This document shows, piece by piece, positions 30,042-40,648 of a DNA stretch of 64,000 nt. The DNA is from Thermoplasmatota archaeon (lineage in GTDB: Archaea > Thermoplasmatota > Poseidoniia > Poseidoniales > Poseidoniaceae). A program made the position numbers and the translations under genes. Each line of letters starts with the position of its first letter. Position 1 is the stretch's first letter. The stretch spans positions 3,202-67,201 of the forward strand of contig JAYXXD010000001.1 in the NCBI GenBank assembly GCA_036019775.1, read 5' to 3'. Under the pieces are notes generated by a model, which saw only the letters and a list, made by a program, of their open reading frames with translations, was not told the origin of the DNA and ran no database searches.

Positions 30042-32069
30042 ATGGCAGGTGATGGTCATCAGGAACCTGAAGGTGATGTCACTGATGCCTCAACCTTCGA
30101 TACAGAACAATTAGGATTCATGTGTGGTATCGAAGTCCACCAGCAACTTGCCACTGGAAAACTCCATTCGCGTCAACCGTCAATGCTCTTTGATGTGACC
30201 ATCGATACCGTTCCAAGCGACTGGCCACGTTACGCTCGAAAACTTCGATTGGCCAGTGGAGAAGGTGGTAAAGTCGATGTTGCAGCTCGTTTTGAGAAGC
30301 GACGAAACCGTTCCTTTGTTTACATACAGTCGCCCAATTCGGGACTGATTGAGTTGGATGAAAGTCCACCGCTTTCGCATGATTCTGAGGCTCTCGATGT
30401 GGCGCTCACAGTCTCAGCGATGCTTGGAGCAAAACCGGTTGGAGCGGTTCAAACGATGAGAAAGACGGTCGTAGATGGTTCGAACACAAGTGGCTTCCAA
30501 CGCACTTCTCTGATTTCAACCGATGGCACACTCAAGACTGATACAGGCGATGTTGGCATCGATGTTCTCTGCTTGGAAGAAGACAGTGCACGCAAACTTG
30601 ACACCATCCCTACAGATCACGGTGAACAAGTCATCTACAATCTCGATCGTCTCGGCGTACCGTTGATTGAGATTGCAACATCACCAGATATTCAAACTCC
30701 AGAACATGCCAAAGAGACGGCTATGGCTCTCGGCCGAACACTTCGAGACACCCGGCGTGTCCGTCGTGGTCTCGGTTCCATTCGCCAAGATTTGAACGTC
30801 AGTGTCGCTTGTGGCGATCGCGTGGAAATCAAAGGCTGTCAAGACCTTGGATGGATTCCGCGAATCGTTCGATTGGAGATGGTTCGACAGGTCCACATGT
30901 ATCGTCTTGCCAACGAACTCCGTTCGTCTCTTGGATTGCCACAACTTCCACCAAATCGTGATTTAGATGATTCTGACATGGAATCTGACGTCGTGGAAGC
31001 AGTTGCCAAACACATTCCCTTGGAGTATACAGATGTTACAGCCGCATTTACATCCTGTGAAAGCAGAATGGTTACTGAGGGTCTTACTGAGGGATACACA
31101 ATGCTGGCGCTTCCATTGAAAGGATTTGCTGGGAAGATCGGTTCGAAAATCCTAGACGTTGATGGAGCACAACTCCCTCGTTTGGGACGAGAATTAGCAG
31201 GAGCAGCGAAACTAGCTGGCGTTCGTGGTGTTTTCCACTCAGACGAACTTCCCGCCTATGGCATTGAAGAAGAGCATGTAGAATCAGTTCGAAAGCAACT
31301 TGAACTTAAATCAAATGATGCGTTTGTCCTCTGTCTCGCACCATCGTGGCAAGCACGTCTTGCACTCGAATCGGTTGGTCGTCGAGCAAGACTTGCTTTT
31401 CATCGCATCCCTCAAGAGGTCCGAAACGTCGTTGTCAAGAAAGGGGCTCCAGAAGACGGAACAACCACGCCAATGCGCCCTCTTCCAGGTGGTGCGCGAA
31501 TGTACCCTGAAACGGATGTTCCAACCATTTCTATCGACAGCGGGCATTGGCGACGTATTTCCGAGAATTTACCGATGCGGCAAGATGAACGAAAGCAACG
31601 CCTTGCTCAGACGGATCTCTCCGAAGATCAATCCAAGCAACTTCTATCACGTGAATTGGATGATGCTTTCTTTGATTATCATGAATCCAAGAGCAAGGCT
31701 TGGGGAACTTTACTCCTCGAACATGAAACCGTTCACCCCTCGGTCCTTTCTCAAATTCTTTCGGTTCGCGAGTCAGGAGGTTTAACTCGAGAGGGGATTG
31801 AGCAGGTAGTCGAACAATTTGCTCATGTCAAGCACGTCTCGGTACAAGAAATCGAAGCCTTTGCCGATGAAAACGACCTTGTTCCTGCTGATGTGGGCAA
31901 TTTAGAATCAATTGTCGAAGGTATCGTTCTAGAACGTATTGATTTCGTTAAAGAACGAGGAATGGGCGCAATGGGACCTCTCATGGGTGTTGTCATGGGG
32001 GCCTGTCCTGGAGTTGATGGGAAAGAGGTTAGCTCAGTACTTCGGACAATGATTCAGAGGCATTCATGA
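30042..32069 (+). CDS. gatE: Glu-tRNA(Gln) amidotransferase subunit E
   Basis: GIEVHQQL, RK.VVDGSNTSGFQRT, LEEDSAR, LDRLG.PLIEIAT, VRRGLG.IRQD.N.S and RMYPETD; start may be 30000. Confidence 0.96.
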   Translation: MAGDGHQEPEGDVTDASTFDTEQLGFMCGIEVHQQLATGKLHSRQPSMLFDVTIDTVPSDWPRYARKLRLASGEGGKVDVAARFEKRRNRSFVYIQSPNSGLIELDESPPLSHDSEALDVALTVSAMLGAKPVGAVQTMRKTVVDGSNTSGFQRTSLISTDGTLKTDTGDVGIDVLCLEEDSARKLDTIPTDHGEQVIYNLDRLGVPLIEIATSPDIQTPEHAKETAMALGRTLRDTRRVRRGLGSIRQDLNVSVACGDRVEIKGCQDLGWIPRIVRLEMVRQVHMYRLANELRSSLGLPQLPPNRDLDDSDMESDVVEAVAKHIPLEYTDVTAAFTSCESRMVTEGLTEGYTMLALPLKGFAGKIGSKILDVDGAQLPRLGRELAGAAKLAGVRGVFHSDELPAYGIEEEHVESVRKQLELKSNDAFVLCLAPSWQARLALESVGRRARLAFHRIPQEVRNVVVKKGAPEDGTTTPMRPLPGGARMYPETDVPTISIDSGHWRRISENLPMRQDERKQRLAQTDLSEDQSKQLLSRELDDAFFDYHESKSKAWGTLLLEHETVHPSVLSQILSVRESGGLTREGIEQVVEQFAHVKHVSVQEIEAFADENDLVPADVGNLESIVEGIVLERIDFVKERGMGAMGPLMGVVMGACPGVDGKEVSSVLRTMIQRHS

Positions 32070-33688
32070 TGCGTATTGCGGCAACCCTTGTTCTTGTATT
32101 ACTCATCTTGCCTATGGTCCAAGCCTCTTCTGAATCATCATGGACGCATGAGTTTGAATCGGGCTACATATCAACTCAACCCATTGTAGTGGATGACACT
32201 GTTTTCGTACGAACCTCAGGATTCTGGACCGGCGAAGAGCGTCCAATTGTTGCAGCATTTGAATTAGAATCTGGAAATGAGATATGGAACTATTCGTCAC
32301 AAACATCACTTCAGCATGACATGACGCCCCTCATGTTTGTAGAGGGAGGTTCAGGAGCCTGTGGCGAATGGGGGTCTCTCCTCTTGGTTGGTTGGGCGGA
32401 TGGAAGAATCACTGCACACTCTCCAACAAATGGCTCAATTGTTTGGCAAAATCAAACCGAAGTCGAACTTATTGGTATCACTGGAAAGATGGCATTGGAA
32501 GGAGACAGAGTCATCGTCCCAACACGGACAGGCCTCTCGAGTTTTTGTCTTGAAGATGGTTTTGAACTGATGGATATTGATACTGGGAACGTTGGTTGGA
32601 GAAATGGTGTAACAATCACCGAGAGTGGGTATGTGTATGGGGATGAATTTGGTTATCTTCACGAGATTGATCGAGATGGAACGATTTCAAGCATATTCCT
32701 TGGTGAAGGAAAAATAAGACATGCTCCATTGGATACTCGACATGGTTTGTTTGTTCATCTTCAAACGTCTCAAGGTTCAACAATGTATCTGAATGGTTCA
32801 GTCATAGCAAATGTGGGAGCATCTCCAGCAATGCCGTTAATACACAACAATCGCATTTATGTTGCAACCAGTAATGAATGGATGTCTCTTCTCTGCGACG
32901 AACAATCATGTACAATCGATTCAATTGAACCGTTTTCGTCGAATGGCGAATTGGCCTTACGAATCATTGATTCCGATGTTGAAATTTGGGCCCCATCCAA
33001 TACCCCTAATGGCGGCTGGGGCGTCTTTAACGAAACATCATTGATCCGAACGGAAACGACCTTCTTTGATACGTATGGGACTGCTGCACCAGGATTCGGC
33101 CAAGGAGTAGTCGTGTTGGGCAATGACGCGGGGATTCTCTCCGTAAGTTATCAAATTCCGAACGAGTCATCACCAGAAGATTCTCAAATCGACATTGCTG
33201 GGATACTACATTACCTGTTTATTCTCGTGTTCTTTGTCCTCACCTGCTCTTATTTTGCTTTACACGATTGGCAACAGTTTGCCAAGATTGGATCTGCTTT
33301 TCTTCTCATCTTGGCTATCGCAATCGTTCCAGAACTATCGGTGAAACTCGCAGAACAAACAGCACTCGAACAGGATGTGGAATGGGATAGTTCGTGGCCA
33401 GATGAATGGAAAGGGACACAAGTCATCGTGTTCGAAATTGATGGAGAGGAGCATGTTATAGGTGGCCTGGAAACACAAAATACGGTATTGGATCTAACGG
33501 TTCTAGCTTGTGATTATTTAGGAATTTCAAATGAAATTGAGCAACAGTATCTTGGCGCCTATCTTGTTTCGTTCAATGGAAGCATGGGTGATGGTTGGGA
33601 GTTCACCGTCGATGGTAATCGGGTCCCAGTGGGAATGACTGAAGCTGAACTCAACGATGACTCAATCGTCGAATGGCGACCAGTTTGA
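32066..33688 (+). CDS. Secreted beta-propeller (PQQ-like) protein with 2 TM and a C-terminal DUF4430-like domain
   Basis: Signal peptide; AF....G.EIW and G.IVW propeller repeats; TM pair; C-terminal TVLD...G.Y..S.NG..GWEF.VDG....G.....L..D..VEW. Confidence 0.75.
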   Translation: MMRIAATLVLVLLILPMVQASSESSWTHEFESGYISTQPIVVDDTVFVRTSGFWTGEERPIVAAFELESGNEIWNYSSQTSLQHDMTPLMFVEGGSGACGEWGSLLLVGWADGRITAHSPTNGSIVWQNQTEVELIGITGKMALEGDRVIVPTRTGLSSFCLEDGFELMDIDTGNVGWRNGVTITESGYVYGDEFGYLHEIDRDGTISSIFLGEGKIRHAPLDTRHGLFVHLQTSQGSTMYLNGSVIANVGASPAMPLIHNNRIYVATSNEWMSLLCDEQSCTIDSIEPFSSNGELALRIIDSDVEIWAPSNTPNGGWGVFNETSLIRTETTFFDTYGTAAPGFGQGVVVLGNDAGILSVSYQIPNESSPEDSQIDIAGILHYLFILVFFVLTCSYFALHDWQQFAKIGSAFLLILAIAIVPELSVKLAEQTALEQDVEWDSSWPDEWKGTQVIVFEIDGEEHVIGGLETQNTVLDLTVLACDYLGISNEIEQQYLGAYLVSFNGSMGDGWEFTVDGNRVPVGMTEAELNDDSIVEWRPV

Positions 33689-34386
33689 GCGGTAACACTC
33701 AAGGCTCACCGCTAAGTGGGCAGGTTATGTTGAGCGCAATAGGCACCCATGGGCCTGCTGTCTCACCGATTGCGATGGGAATGTTGAATGCAGCATTCTT
33801 CGCAATCGCAGTTTGGTTGTTGGTGAAACCACAACAGAAATCTGAAACATGGATGTGGCCACTTTTTCTTTTTGTCGGACTTGCTTCAATCTCTCGGATT
33901 GCGTTGAGTTTTATTCCAAATGTTATGCCTGTCACCATCATGGCAGTTCTTGTCGGTTCCAAGTTTGGTGTTCAACGCGGTGTTTCTTTTGCAATACTCG
34001 TTACCCTAATGAGCAATGCAGTGCTTGGGCATGGATGGTGGAGTTTCTTCCAAATAATTGGTTGGGGTTCAGTTGCAGCCATGGCATCGATGATGAGCGT
34101 CCACGACGCTGAAGGAAGACTTTCGATGAATCGACTCGCTTTCGCATCGTTATGGAGCGTTCCAATCTTCAGCATCATCGTTTCTATTTCGATTATTGAT
34201 TCGGGCATGTCGGTGATTGAATTCGGTCTTTACATCGCCAATGGATTGCTTTACGATTTACTTCATTTCCTCGGTAACGTCTTCTTTGCCATGTGGTTTG
34301 GGCAATGGTTTGAACGCCTACTTTCAATGAACCAACCACAAAACCATCTCACCCAACAGGAGAAGGAGCATGTCAGCACTATCTGA
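33673..34386 (+). CDS. ECF transporter S-component (CbrT-like, predicted cobalamin)
   Basis: R..L..IPNV.P, G...G...LMSN..LGHGWW..FQ..GWG and G..YD..H..GN motifs; true start may be 33727. Confidence 0.8.
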   Translation: MATSLSGNTQGSPLSGQVMLSAIGTHGPAVSPIAMGMLNAAFFAIAVWLLVKPQQKSETWMWPLFLFVGLASISRIALSFIPNVMPVTIMAVLVGSKFGVQRGVSFAILVTLMSNAVLGHGWWSFFQIIGWGSVAAMASMMSVHDAEGRLSMNRLAFASLWSVPIFSIIVSISIIDSGMSVIEFGLYIANGLLYDLLHFLGNVFFAMWFGQWFERLLSMNQPQNHLTQQEKEHVSTI

Positions 34387-34741
34387 TCCACCCACGATGG
34401 CATTCCTTTGTCGAGCGGATCTCCAACTTTCATCTGGGAAACTTGCCGTCCAATGTGCACATGCTGCCGTAGGTTCCCTACAGCTGGCGAAGAAAACGCA
34501 CTCAAGAATGGTTCAACGTTGGACAGAATCTTCCTCGCGAAAAGTATGTCTTTCGGTCGAAGATGAAGAAGAGTTGGAGTACTATCTTGAACGTGTACAA
34601 GAAGCATCCCTTCCTTTTGCACTCATCAAAGATGCTGGATTAACCGAAGTCGCTCCCGGAACAGTAACCGTGCTTGGTGTAGGCCCTGGGCCGCGTCATA
34701 CTATGGATTCTTTGTTTAGCAATCTCAGGGCATATGAATGA
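34370..34741 (+). CDS. pth2: Peptidyl-tRNA hydrolase Pth2 (copy 1)
   Basis: R.DL.LS.GKLAVQCAHAA, KVCL and DAGLTEV.PGT.TVLG.GP. Confidence 0.92.
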   Translation: MSALSDPPTMAFLCRADLQLSSGKLAVQCAHAAVGSLQLAKKTHSRMVQRWTESSSRKVCLSVEDEEELEYYLERVQEASLPFALIKDAGLTEVAPGTVTVLGVGPGPRHTMDSLFSNLRAYE

Positions 34742-34750
34742 GGTCATACA

Positions 34751-35170
34751 ATGGGTTTTCGAAGTTTTCTTCATCGTATAACAGCTCCAAAATTTGAGCG
34801 TTATGTCCACCGTAATCAATCACTAAAAATGGTGTTCATTATCAATCATGAATTGAAAATGGGGAAGGGGAAAGTTGCTGCACAGGTCGGTCATGCTGCC
34901 GTTAAAGCGACACTCAAATCGGGTGAACTTCATCCAGAACTTCTCGATGCATGGCTTTCAACAGGACAGAAGAAAATATGCCTAAAAGCAGATAATGCAC
35001 ATCATATTGAACAGATTGAAAGACAATCAAAAGAACTTAAAATTCTAACGTCAAAAATACATGATGCTGGCCACACACAGATTCCAGCAGGCTCTCTAAC
35101 AGTCCTTGCTTTGGGGCCAGATGAAGATGAGAAACTGAATCTTTTGACGGGAGAATTGAAACTTCTCTAA
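34751..35170 (+). CDS. pth2: Peptidyl-tRNA hydrolase Pth2 (copy 2)
   Basis: [39 protein letters not shown] and TG.LKLL. Confidence 0.94.
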   Translation: MGFRSFLHRITAPKFERYVHRNQSLKMVFIINHELKMGKGKVAAQVGHAAVKATLKSGELHPELLDAWLSTGQKKICLKADNAHHIEQIERQSKELKILTSKIHDAGHTQIPAGSLTVLALGPDEDEKLNLLTGELKLL

Positions 35171-35208
35171 GTCGATTCCTTGAACATGGGAAACAAGGTG
35201 GAGCAACC

Positions 35209-36255
35209 ATGCGAGAGATTAGTTCCAATCGAATTGACTTGCGTTCAGATACGGTCACCCAACCAACTATTCCTATGCGCGAGGCCATGGCTAAAGCAGA
35301 AGTTGGGGACGACGTTCTCGGTGATGATCCTACCGTTCAACAACTCGAATCCATGGTTGCCGAATTGTGCGGAAAGGATGCAGGTTTGTTCGTACCATCA
35401 GGAACCATGTCGAATGCTGTTGCGCTCAAAACACATACCGTGCCAGGAGACGAGATTGTCACCGAGCGTTACAGTCACATCTACCTCTATGAGGGAGGCG
35501 GGTATGCTGCACTTTGTGGCTCAAGCATCGCTCTCCCTGAAGGACAAAATGGACTCTTGACACCAGATCTTGTTGAACAATCCATCCGAAAGCAGAGAGG
35601 TTCACAATCACATTATCCAGATGGTAGTCTTGTTTGTGTCGAAAACACGGCAAATCGAGGCGGGGGGACGTGCTATGAACAGACTGTTCTCGATGAAATA
35701 GCAGAAATATCCAAAGCGAAAAATTGCGGAACACACATTGATGGGGCTCGTATTTTCAACGCCTCAGTTGCTACTAAAACTCCACTCCATAGAATGACTC
35801 GTGATTATGATTCAGTCTCAATATGTCTTTCGAAAGGCCTTGGTGCACCTGTAGGTTCAGTCCTTGTTGGTTCCGAAGAATTCATCGAAGAAGCGCACCG
35901 ATGGCGGAAAATGTTTGGTGGGGGTATGCGCCAATCTGGAATCCTTGCAGCAGCAGGAATTTATGCACTTGAGAACAATATCCAGCGAATGGAGGAAGAC
36001 CATCGCCGCGCAAGAACAATTGCAAAAGCCATTGATGAAATGGATCATGTCTCAGTCGATTTCGACGCAGTTCAAACCAATATGGTATACTTTTCAGCAG
36101 CAGAGTATTCAGCAGCAGAAGTTTCTCAAAAGATGGCCCAATCAGGTATTGATATGTTTGACATTTCACCAACACATTGTCGAATTGTAACGCATCTACA
36201 TATTTCTGATGACGATGTACAGCATGTGATAGAAGCGCTATCATCCCTCAGTTGA
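35209..36255 (+). CDS. ltaE: Low-specificity L-threonine aldolase
   Basis: [52 protein letters not shown] and GGGMRQ.G. Confidence 0.95.
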   Translation: MREISSNRIDLRSDTVTQPTIPMREAMAKAEVGDDVLGDDPTVQQLESMVAELCGKDAGLFVPSGTMSNAVALKTHTVPGDEIVTERYSHIYLYEGGGYAALCGSSIALPEGQNGLLTPDLVEQSIRKQRGSQSHYPDGSLVCVENTANRGGGTCYEQTVLDEIAEISKAKNCGTHIDGARIFNASVATKTPLHRMTRDYDSVSICLSKGLGAPVGSVLVGSEEFIEEAHRWRKMFGGGMRQSGILAAAGIYALENNIQRMEEDHRRARTIAKAIDEMDHVSVDFDAVQTNMVYFSAAEYSAAEVSQKMAQSGIDMFDISPTHCRIVTHLHISDDDVQHVIEALSSLS

Positions 36256-36287
36256 AACTTTTTAACACCTCGACTGACAAAACTCCC

Positions 36288-38513
36288 ATGATTGGGGAAG
36301 CCTGTGGCATCTGCCAAAACGAATTGAATGAAACGAATTGCTCGATTTGCATCCGCTGTGTTGAAATCACAGAGGAGAGTAAATGGGCTCCATCTCTTTC
36401 ACCAGAAGTTCACCAACGAATGGTCGATGTCTTGGGGGGGCCAGCTCGATCCTTGCGACAACGATGGGAAAATCTTCAACGATTTATGGATCACACTCCC
36501 GATGTTGATTGGGCGCGACTGAGCAATCCTGAGCTCGATCCTGTCCGATATTCTCCTTTCCCAGAGGAAGAAGAACGTATCTTTGTTGAAAAACTCGAGA
36601 AGCTGAGTGGTTATTCTGGTTTTGAAAAAGAACGATTGGAGGAAGGATTTGTCATGTGGGACGGAACGCATCTTTCTTTCATCGATGGAAAGATGTGGAT
36701 TGACGGCCGTTCCCATGAGGCTAGAATACCAACAGAGCAGTACCTTCTTCTTTTGACAAATTCAGAACAACGTAAAGGGTGGGATCTCATCAAGATTTTC
36801 CTTGCCGTAAGTGGATTGTACCAAACGATTGACTTGAATGGCAGACCTCAGCGGTATATGTATCGATTTCAAAGACTTCTTGGTCAGACTCAGCGAGAAA
36901 TACTCACACCGTTTGATACATTTGTACAATCCTCATTTCTCCTGGATCAAAACGAACGAAGAAAAAAGAAAACGAACGATTTTGCAGAAGGAAGCTGGTC
37001 GTACGATCTGATGAATCGGTTGTCAGGCCGTCGTCCTCGACAGAGACTGAAGTTTGCACGACGTTTTATTCGAACTCAAGAGAATAGGAATCTTCCTGCA
37101 TCAAAATTACCCTGGGTTCAACGTTGGGAACAAATGGTGACGAATGTTGAACTGTCCAATGTTCGTTATCCATTTATGGTGAATTCTAAAGGTATACTTT
37201 GCCTTCGAACATTGACAAAAAATGGAAGTGTTCGAATGGCACCTATTCCATTTTTACCAGGGCTTTTAGCAGGCCTCATTTCGTGGGGTTCTTCCCCTCA
37301 TGCATCGAGAGAAGGAGAGTGGTTAGTAGCGACACAAATGAATTGGACGGCACCATACAACAATGCAGAAACTGCTGATGAGCCATTTCGTCGGTCCATG
37401 CAATTTTTACGCGGAGTCCTCAAACAATTCCCTGAAGATACTTGGGTTCATCGAGATCGGTTACTCGTGCGAGGGATGCTCGGACATTTCTATGAGATTC
37501 GGATTGCACGAGGGTCACATAACGCTCCATTCAAGATCCATGGTGTTGGAAAGAAAACAACACAACGACATTCAATCTGTATCCATACTGGAAAATATCA
37601 TCGCGATATCCCAATTGGGGATACAATCGCTATCGTTGTGCTTTCTCTTCTTTCTGATGTAACAACTGCAGAACGAGTGAATAGTTTACAGATGCATCTC
37701 ATGACGCAGCCACCAATCGGCTTTCCACAAAAAGAGGCAGGCATGAACCCACAAACGTTCTATCAATCAAATGGCAATAAGTTCCATTTCCCTCTCCACC
37801 CGTTCTTATTTCGAGAAAATGAAGAAAGAGAACTCATTGACCTCGATTCTCTGGAATTGATGAATGATAAAGCCATTTTTGATGACTGGAAATTGAGACC
37901 ACTCCGTGAAAAGCAATTTGATCAGCCGGGGCACCTCAACCCTGATCTTGATTTCGATGATGAGGACAGAATTTTGGAAGGACATTTCTTTGAGTATCGG
38001 CGCCAAAGACCAATTTTTCAGAACATTCAACCAAACATCATCGACGTTCAAAATCCTCCCTTTCAATTTGAGGATGAGAGGCAACAACCTCGCGACGATC
38101 AATTTCATCGATGGTATCGTACGATGCCATTGGTTTGGGAAGCACTCTCCTTGCAACCTATTGGTCACCAAGTAGAGTTAGGTGGAGTGCGTGGATTGTT
38201 TCGGATGCAGGGATGTCGGTTGCGAATGACCATCCGTTCAGCACAAGAAGAGGATGCTGTTCAGCGTATTCTTGAAATCTTAGGTTACAGGCATGCTCGA
38301 TATCGTCAGTTGAATCAGGTCTACATAAGAAGGGATTTTCCAATCGCAGATCCGAGACATGCATTGCGAGAACTCATGGAACCTCTCACTGAAGAATTTG
38401 GTTTTGCAAATATTGACGACTATGTTTTGCGCTTTATTGAAGTCGGTCGTCCACCAGATCGCATGCCAGAAGTTGATGCACGCCTCCATGCGAATATGGT
38501 TGATTTCTACTGA
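36288..38513 (+). CDS. Large hypothetical protein with N-terminal Cys cluster (Zn-ribbon-like)
   Basis: CGIC...CSICIRC N-terminus; central segment similar to 16432-17322. Confidence 0.8.
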   Translation: MIGEACGICQNELNETNCSICIRCVEITEESKWAPSLSPEVHQRMVDVLGGPARSLRQRWENLQRFMDHTPDVDWARLSNPELDPVRYSPFPEEEERIFVEKLEKLSGYSGFEKERLEEGFVMWDGTHLSFIDGKMWIDGRSHEARIPTEQYLLLLTNSEQRKGWDLIKIFLAVSGLYQTIDLNGRPQRYMYRFQRLLGQTQREILTPFDTFVQSSFLLDQNERRKKKTNDFAEGSWSYDLMNRLSGRRPRQRLKFARRFIRTQENRNLPASKLPWVQRWEQMVTNVELSNVRYPFMVNSKGILCLRTLTKNGSVRMAPIPFLPGLLAGLISWGSSPHASREGEWLVATQMNWTAPYNNAETADEPFRRSMQFLRGVLKQFPEDTWVHRDRLLVRGMLGHFYEIRIARGSHNAPFKIHGVGKKTTQRHSICIHTGKYHRDIPIGDTIAIVVLSLLSDVTTAERVNSLQMHLMTQPPIGFPQKEAGMNPQTFYQSNGNKFHFPLHPFLFRENEERELIDLDSLELMNDKAIFDDWKLRPLREKQFDQPGHLNPDLDFDDEDRILEGHFFEYRRQRPIFQNIQPNIIDVQNPPFQFEDERQQPRDDQFHRWYRTMPLVWEALSLQPIGHQVELGGVRGLFRMQGCRLRMTIRSAQEEDAVQRILEILGYRHARYRQLNQVYIRRDFPIADPRHALRELMEPLTEEFGFANIDDYVLRFIEVGRPPDRMPEVDARLHANMVDFY

Positions 38514-39406
38514 TCGTGTCGTCGTAAGGCAACGGCAAGAAGGGCAAGTATGGTCAAAGGCATGGATAGGAACGGTGTATTCTCCGTGTCAGATTCTGGT
38601 TGCGTATCACCTTGCTCTTCTGGCTTTTCGATGTATTCATGGAACATGATGTGAACTTCAAGATCATCATCATCGTATGCATCAGCATAGGTGATTTGTT
38701 TGGTTCCTGTACTTAGTCCGACATCTGTAACAGTCCCCACATCGATGATTTCACGTACAATGTGATGATAGTAAATCTGGTTGTTTGTACCATCTGGATA
38801 GTAGGCGACCGTTTCGACCATCCATACGCTGACGTTGTAAACAGCGTCGTTTGATTGATTGATGCTCCAAACTACGGTTCCTGAGTTTTCTCCAGCAGGT
38901 GTCCATGCCATTGTAACCAAGCCTTCACCAAGATTTCGTGGTTGTGTTGCCAAGTCAGCGAAGTCAGACTCTAGTGAATCACCGACTGGATTACTGCCTC
39001 GAAGGGCATATTTACCATTAATACCGGCAACGGGGGGCTTGAATTCAGGTGCATATATATCGTATCTGTCTCTAAAGCGTGCATCTACATTTTCGTTACC
39101 TAGTGGGTCTTGAGTCTCGTAGATGTTTCGATGAACGGCATAAATCTCCATACTGATATTCTCTGCCACAGTTTCGAGAGCATCACCAACCTTGACGCAA
39201 TTTCCGCACCATGTAGCCGTATAATCTTCCGCAATTGCAGGTAGATCCTCGAGCGTACTGTTGGCAACTATCGTTTGATTCGCCATACCATGAAGCCCGC
39301 CGAAAAGAACACCCGTTTCGAGTTCTCTAATCTCAGCAGCATTTGCCGTAGGGATAATCGATACCATGAGTAAAGCCAAAAGACTAGCAACAATTGTTCT
39401 AGACAT
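38507..39406 (-). CDS. Secreted thioredoxin-fold (Omp28-like) protein with C-terminal anchor
   Basis: Signal peptide; EDYTATWCGNC; HHIVR; C-terminal PF+TM+RR. Confidence 0.7.
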   Translation of the reverse strand: MSRTIVASLLALLMVSIIPTANAAEIRELETGVLFGGLHGMANQTIVANSTLEDLPAIAEDYTATWCGNCVKVGDALETVAENISMEIYAVHRNIYETQDPLGNENVDARFRDRYDIYAPEFKPPVAGINGKYALRGSNPVGDSLESDFADLATQPRNLGEGLVTMAWTPAGENSGTVVWSINQSNDAVYNVSVWMVETVAYYPDGTNNQIYYHHIVREIIDVGTVTDVGLSTGTKQITYADAYDDDDLEVHIMFHEYIEKPEEQGDTQPESDTENTPFLSMPLTILALLAVALRRHDQ

Positions 39407-39453
39407 GTGTAGAGGTACCAACCTCTCCTTAATGATATAATCCATTTTATGCC

Positions 39454-40527
39454 TCAGAATACCTTCTGAAGGACACCATAGTCGACAATCTCGCCGGAAG
39501 CTACTTTCTTCAAGAGGGCCTTTAACCGGTTCTTGATGGTGTTGCGACATCGGCCAATAGCATGGGCAATGTTCTCAAGCCGTCCTTGTTCCACTTCAAA
39601 GGCTTCACAAGACTTTTGGAAAAGAATAGCGCACAAGACTCGAGCTTCGATGTTCTCCTGTGAGAATGGTGAATCGCTAAGCGTTGGTTCACCAAGTCGA
39701 AACAATCGTTGGTTAAAATCATCCATAATCTTTGACTTCAATGCATCATCAAGCCCATCGAGAAGCAACTTAAGGCGGAGTTTTGTGTTTTGAATCTCCG
39801 TATTTCGCAACTCATGGTGAACTGTTCTTCGGTCAGAACGTTGTTCGATGAGCTTTGCCTTCTCACAGAGATTAAGATACTTCATGACGACTTTGGCAGC
39901 GTCAACAACTTGTTTGAGCGTTAGGCCAGTACCCTCAACCATCTGTGGCCAATCAATGTTGATTTTGCCTGTTCGCTCTTGGTGGGCTCGCAGACATGCA
40001 AGTGCAAGCAAACGTTCGTTATTTTTCGTACTGCCGCCTCGTGTCTTTTTTCGACATACAGAGTTCTTTGGAAGGATAATTTCATCTTCCTTTGCAATCT
40101 TTTTTATCGCATTGGACTTTGCTCCATTAAGTGGAACAGTTGCCAGTGTTATGACCTTTTTCGCTTTCATTGCGTTGTCTTTTCCTGCCAAATCTTTCGC
40201 CGCATTCATTGTGGCTTGCGCCATCGGATGCATGTCCTTGATGCCTTGGTTGTTCAGGTTACTGAGAATCTTCCATTTGCCTTTTGCTTCTCCAGGTTTG
40301 CCGATGTATGAGCCAAGCCCATTCCCTTTCACACCAGTCTTAATTTTCGACTCATCTTTGGTTGGGGTATTGAAACCATGTTCACCCCACATTGTTCCTG
40401 CATTATCGTTTTCTGTCATCGATGCATGATCGACGACAACGAGACCACAATCATTGCAAACCACCTCGCCTCGGTTGATGTCCATATTCAAGTCATAGCT
40501 TCCACATTCTTCACACTTTTCCGTCAA
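39454..40527 (-). CDS. Divergent TFIIB/TFB-like protein
   Basis: TTG start after GGAGG; CEECGS...D..RGEVVC.DCGLVV TFB Zn ribbon; two helical regions, the last with IAHAIG...NTIKNR (HTH-like). Confidence 0.7.
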   Translation of the reverse strand: MTEKCEECGSYDLNMDINRGEVVCNDCGLVVVDHASMTENDNAGTMWGEHGFNTPTKDESKIKTGVKGNGLGSYIGKPGEAKGKWKILSNLNNQGIKDMHPMAQATMNAAKDLAGKDNAMKAKKVITLATVPLNGAKSNAIKKIAKEDEIILPKNSVCRKKTRGGSTKNNERLLALACLRAHQERTGKINIDWPQMVEGTGLTLKQVVDAAKVVMKYLNLCEKAKLIEQRSDRRTVHHELRNTEIQNTKLRLKLLLDGLDDALKSKIMDDFNQRLFRLGEPTLSDSPFSQENIEARVLCAILFQKSCEAFEVEQGRLENIAHAIGRCRNTIKNRLKALLKKVASGEIVDYGVLQKVF

Positions 40528-40640
40528 TTTTCTTCCTCCTTGTTCAGTTTTGTTCCAACATGAATCATTATCAACCCTCTTTGTGCTGTTGAGTTCGAAG
40601 GGAAGAAAGACACGCTGGAGTATAGACATGCCCTCGATTC

Positions 40641-40648
40641 TATTTAAA
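40641..40648 (-). promoter_or_regulatory. Probable TATA box for the TFB-like gene
   Basis: TTTAAATA on minus strand within the AT-rich divergent intergenic region. Confidence 0.45.
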
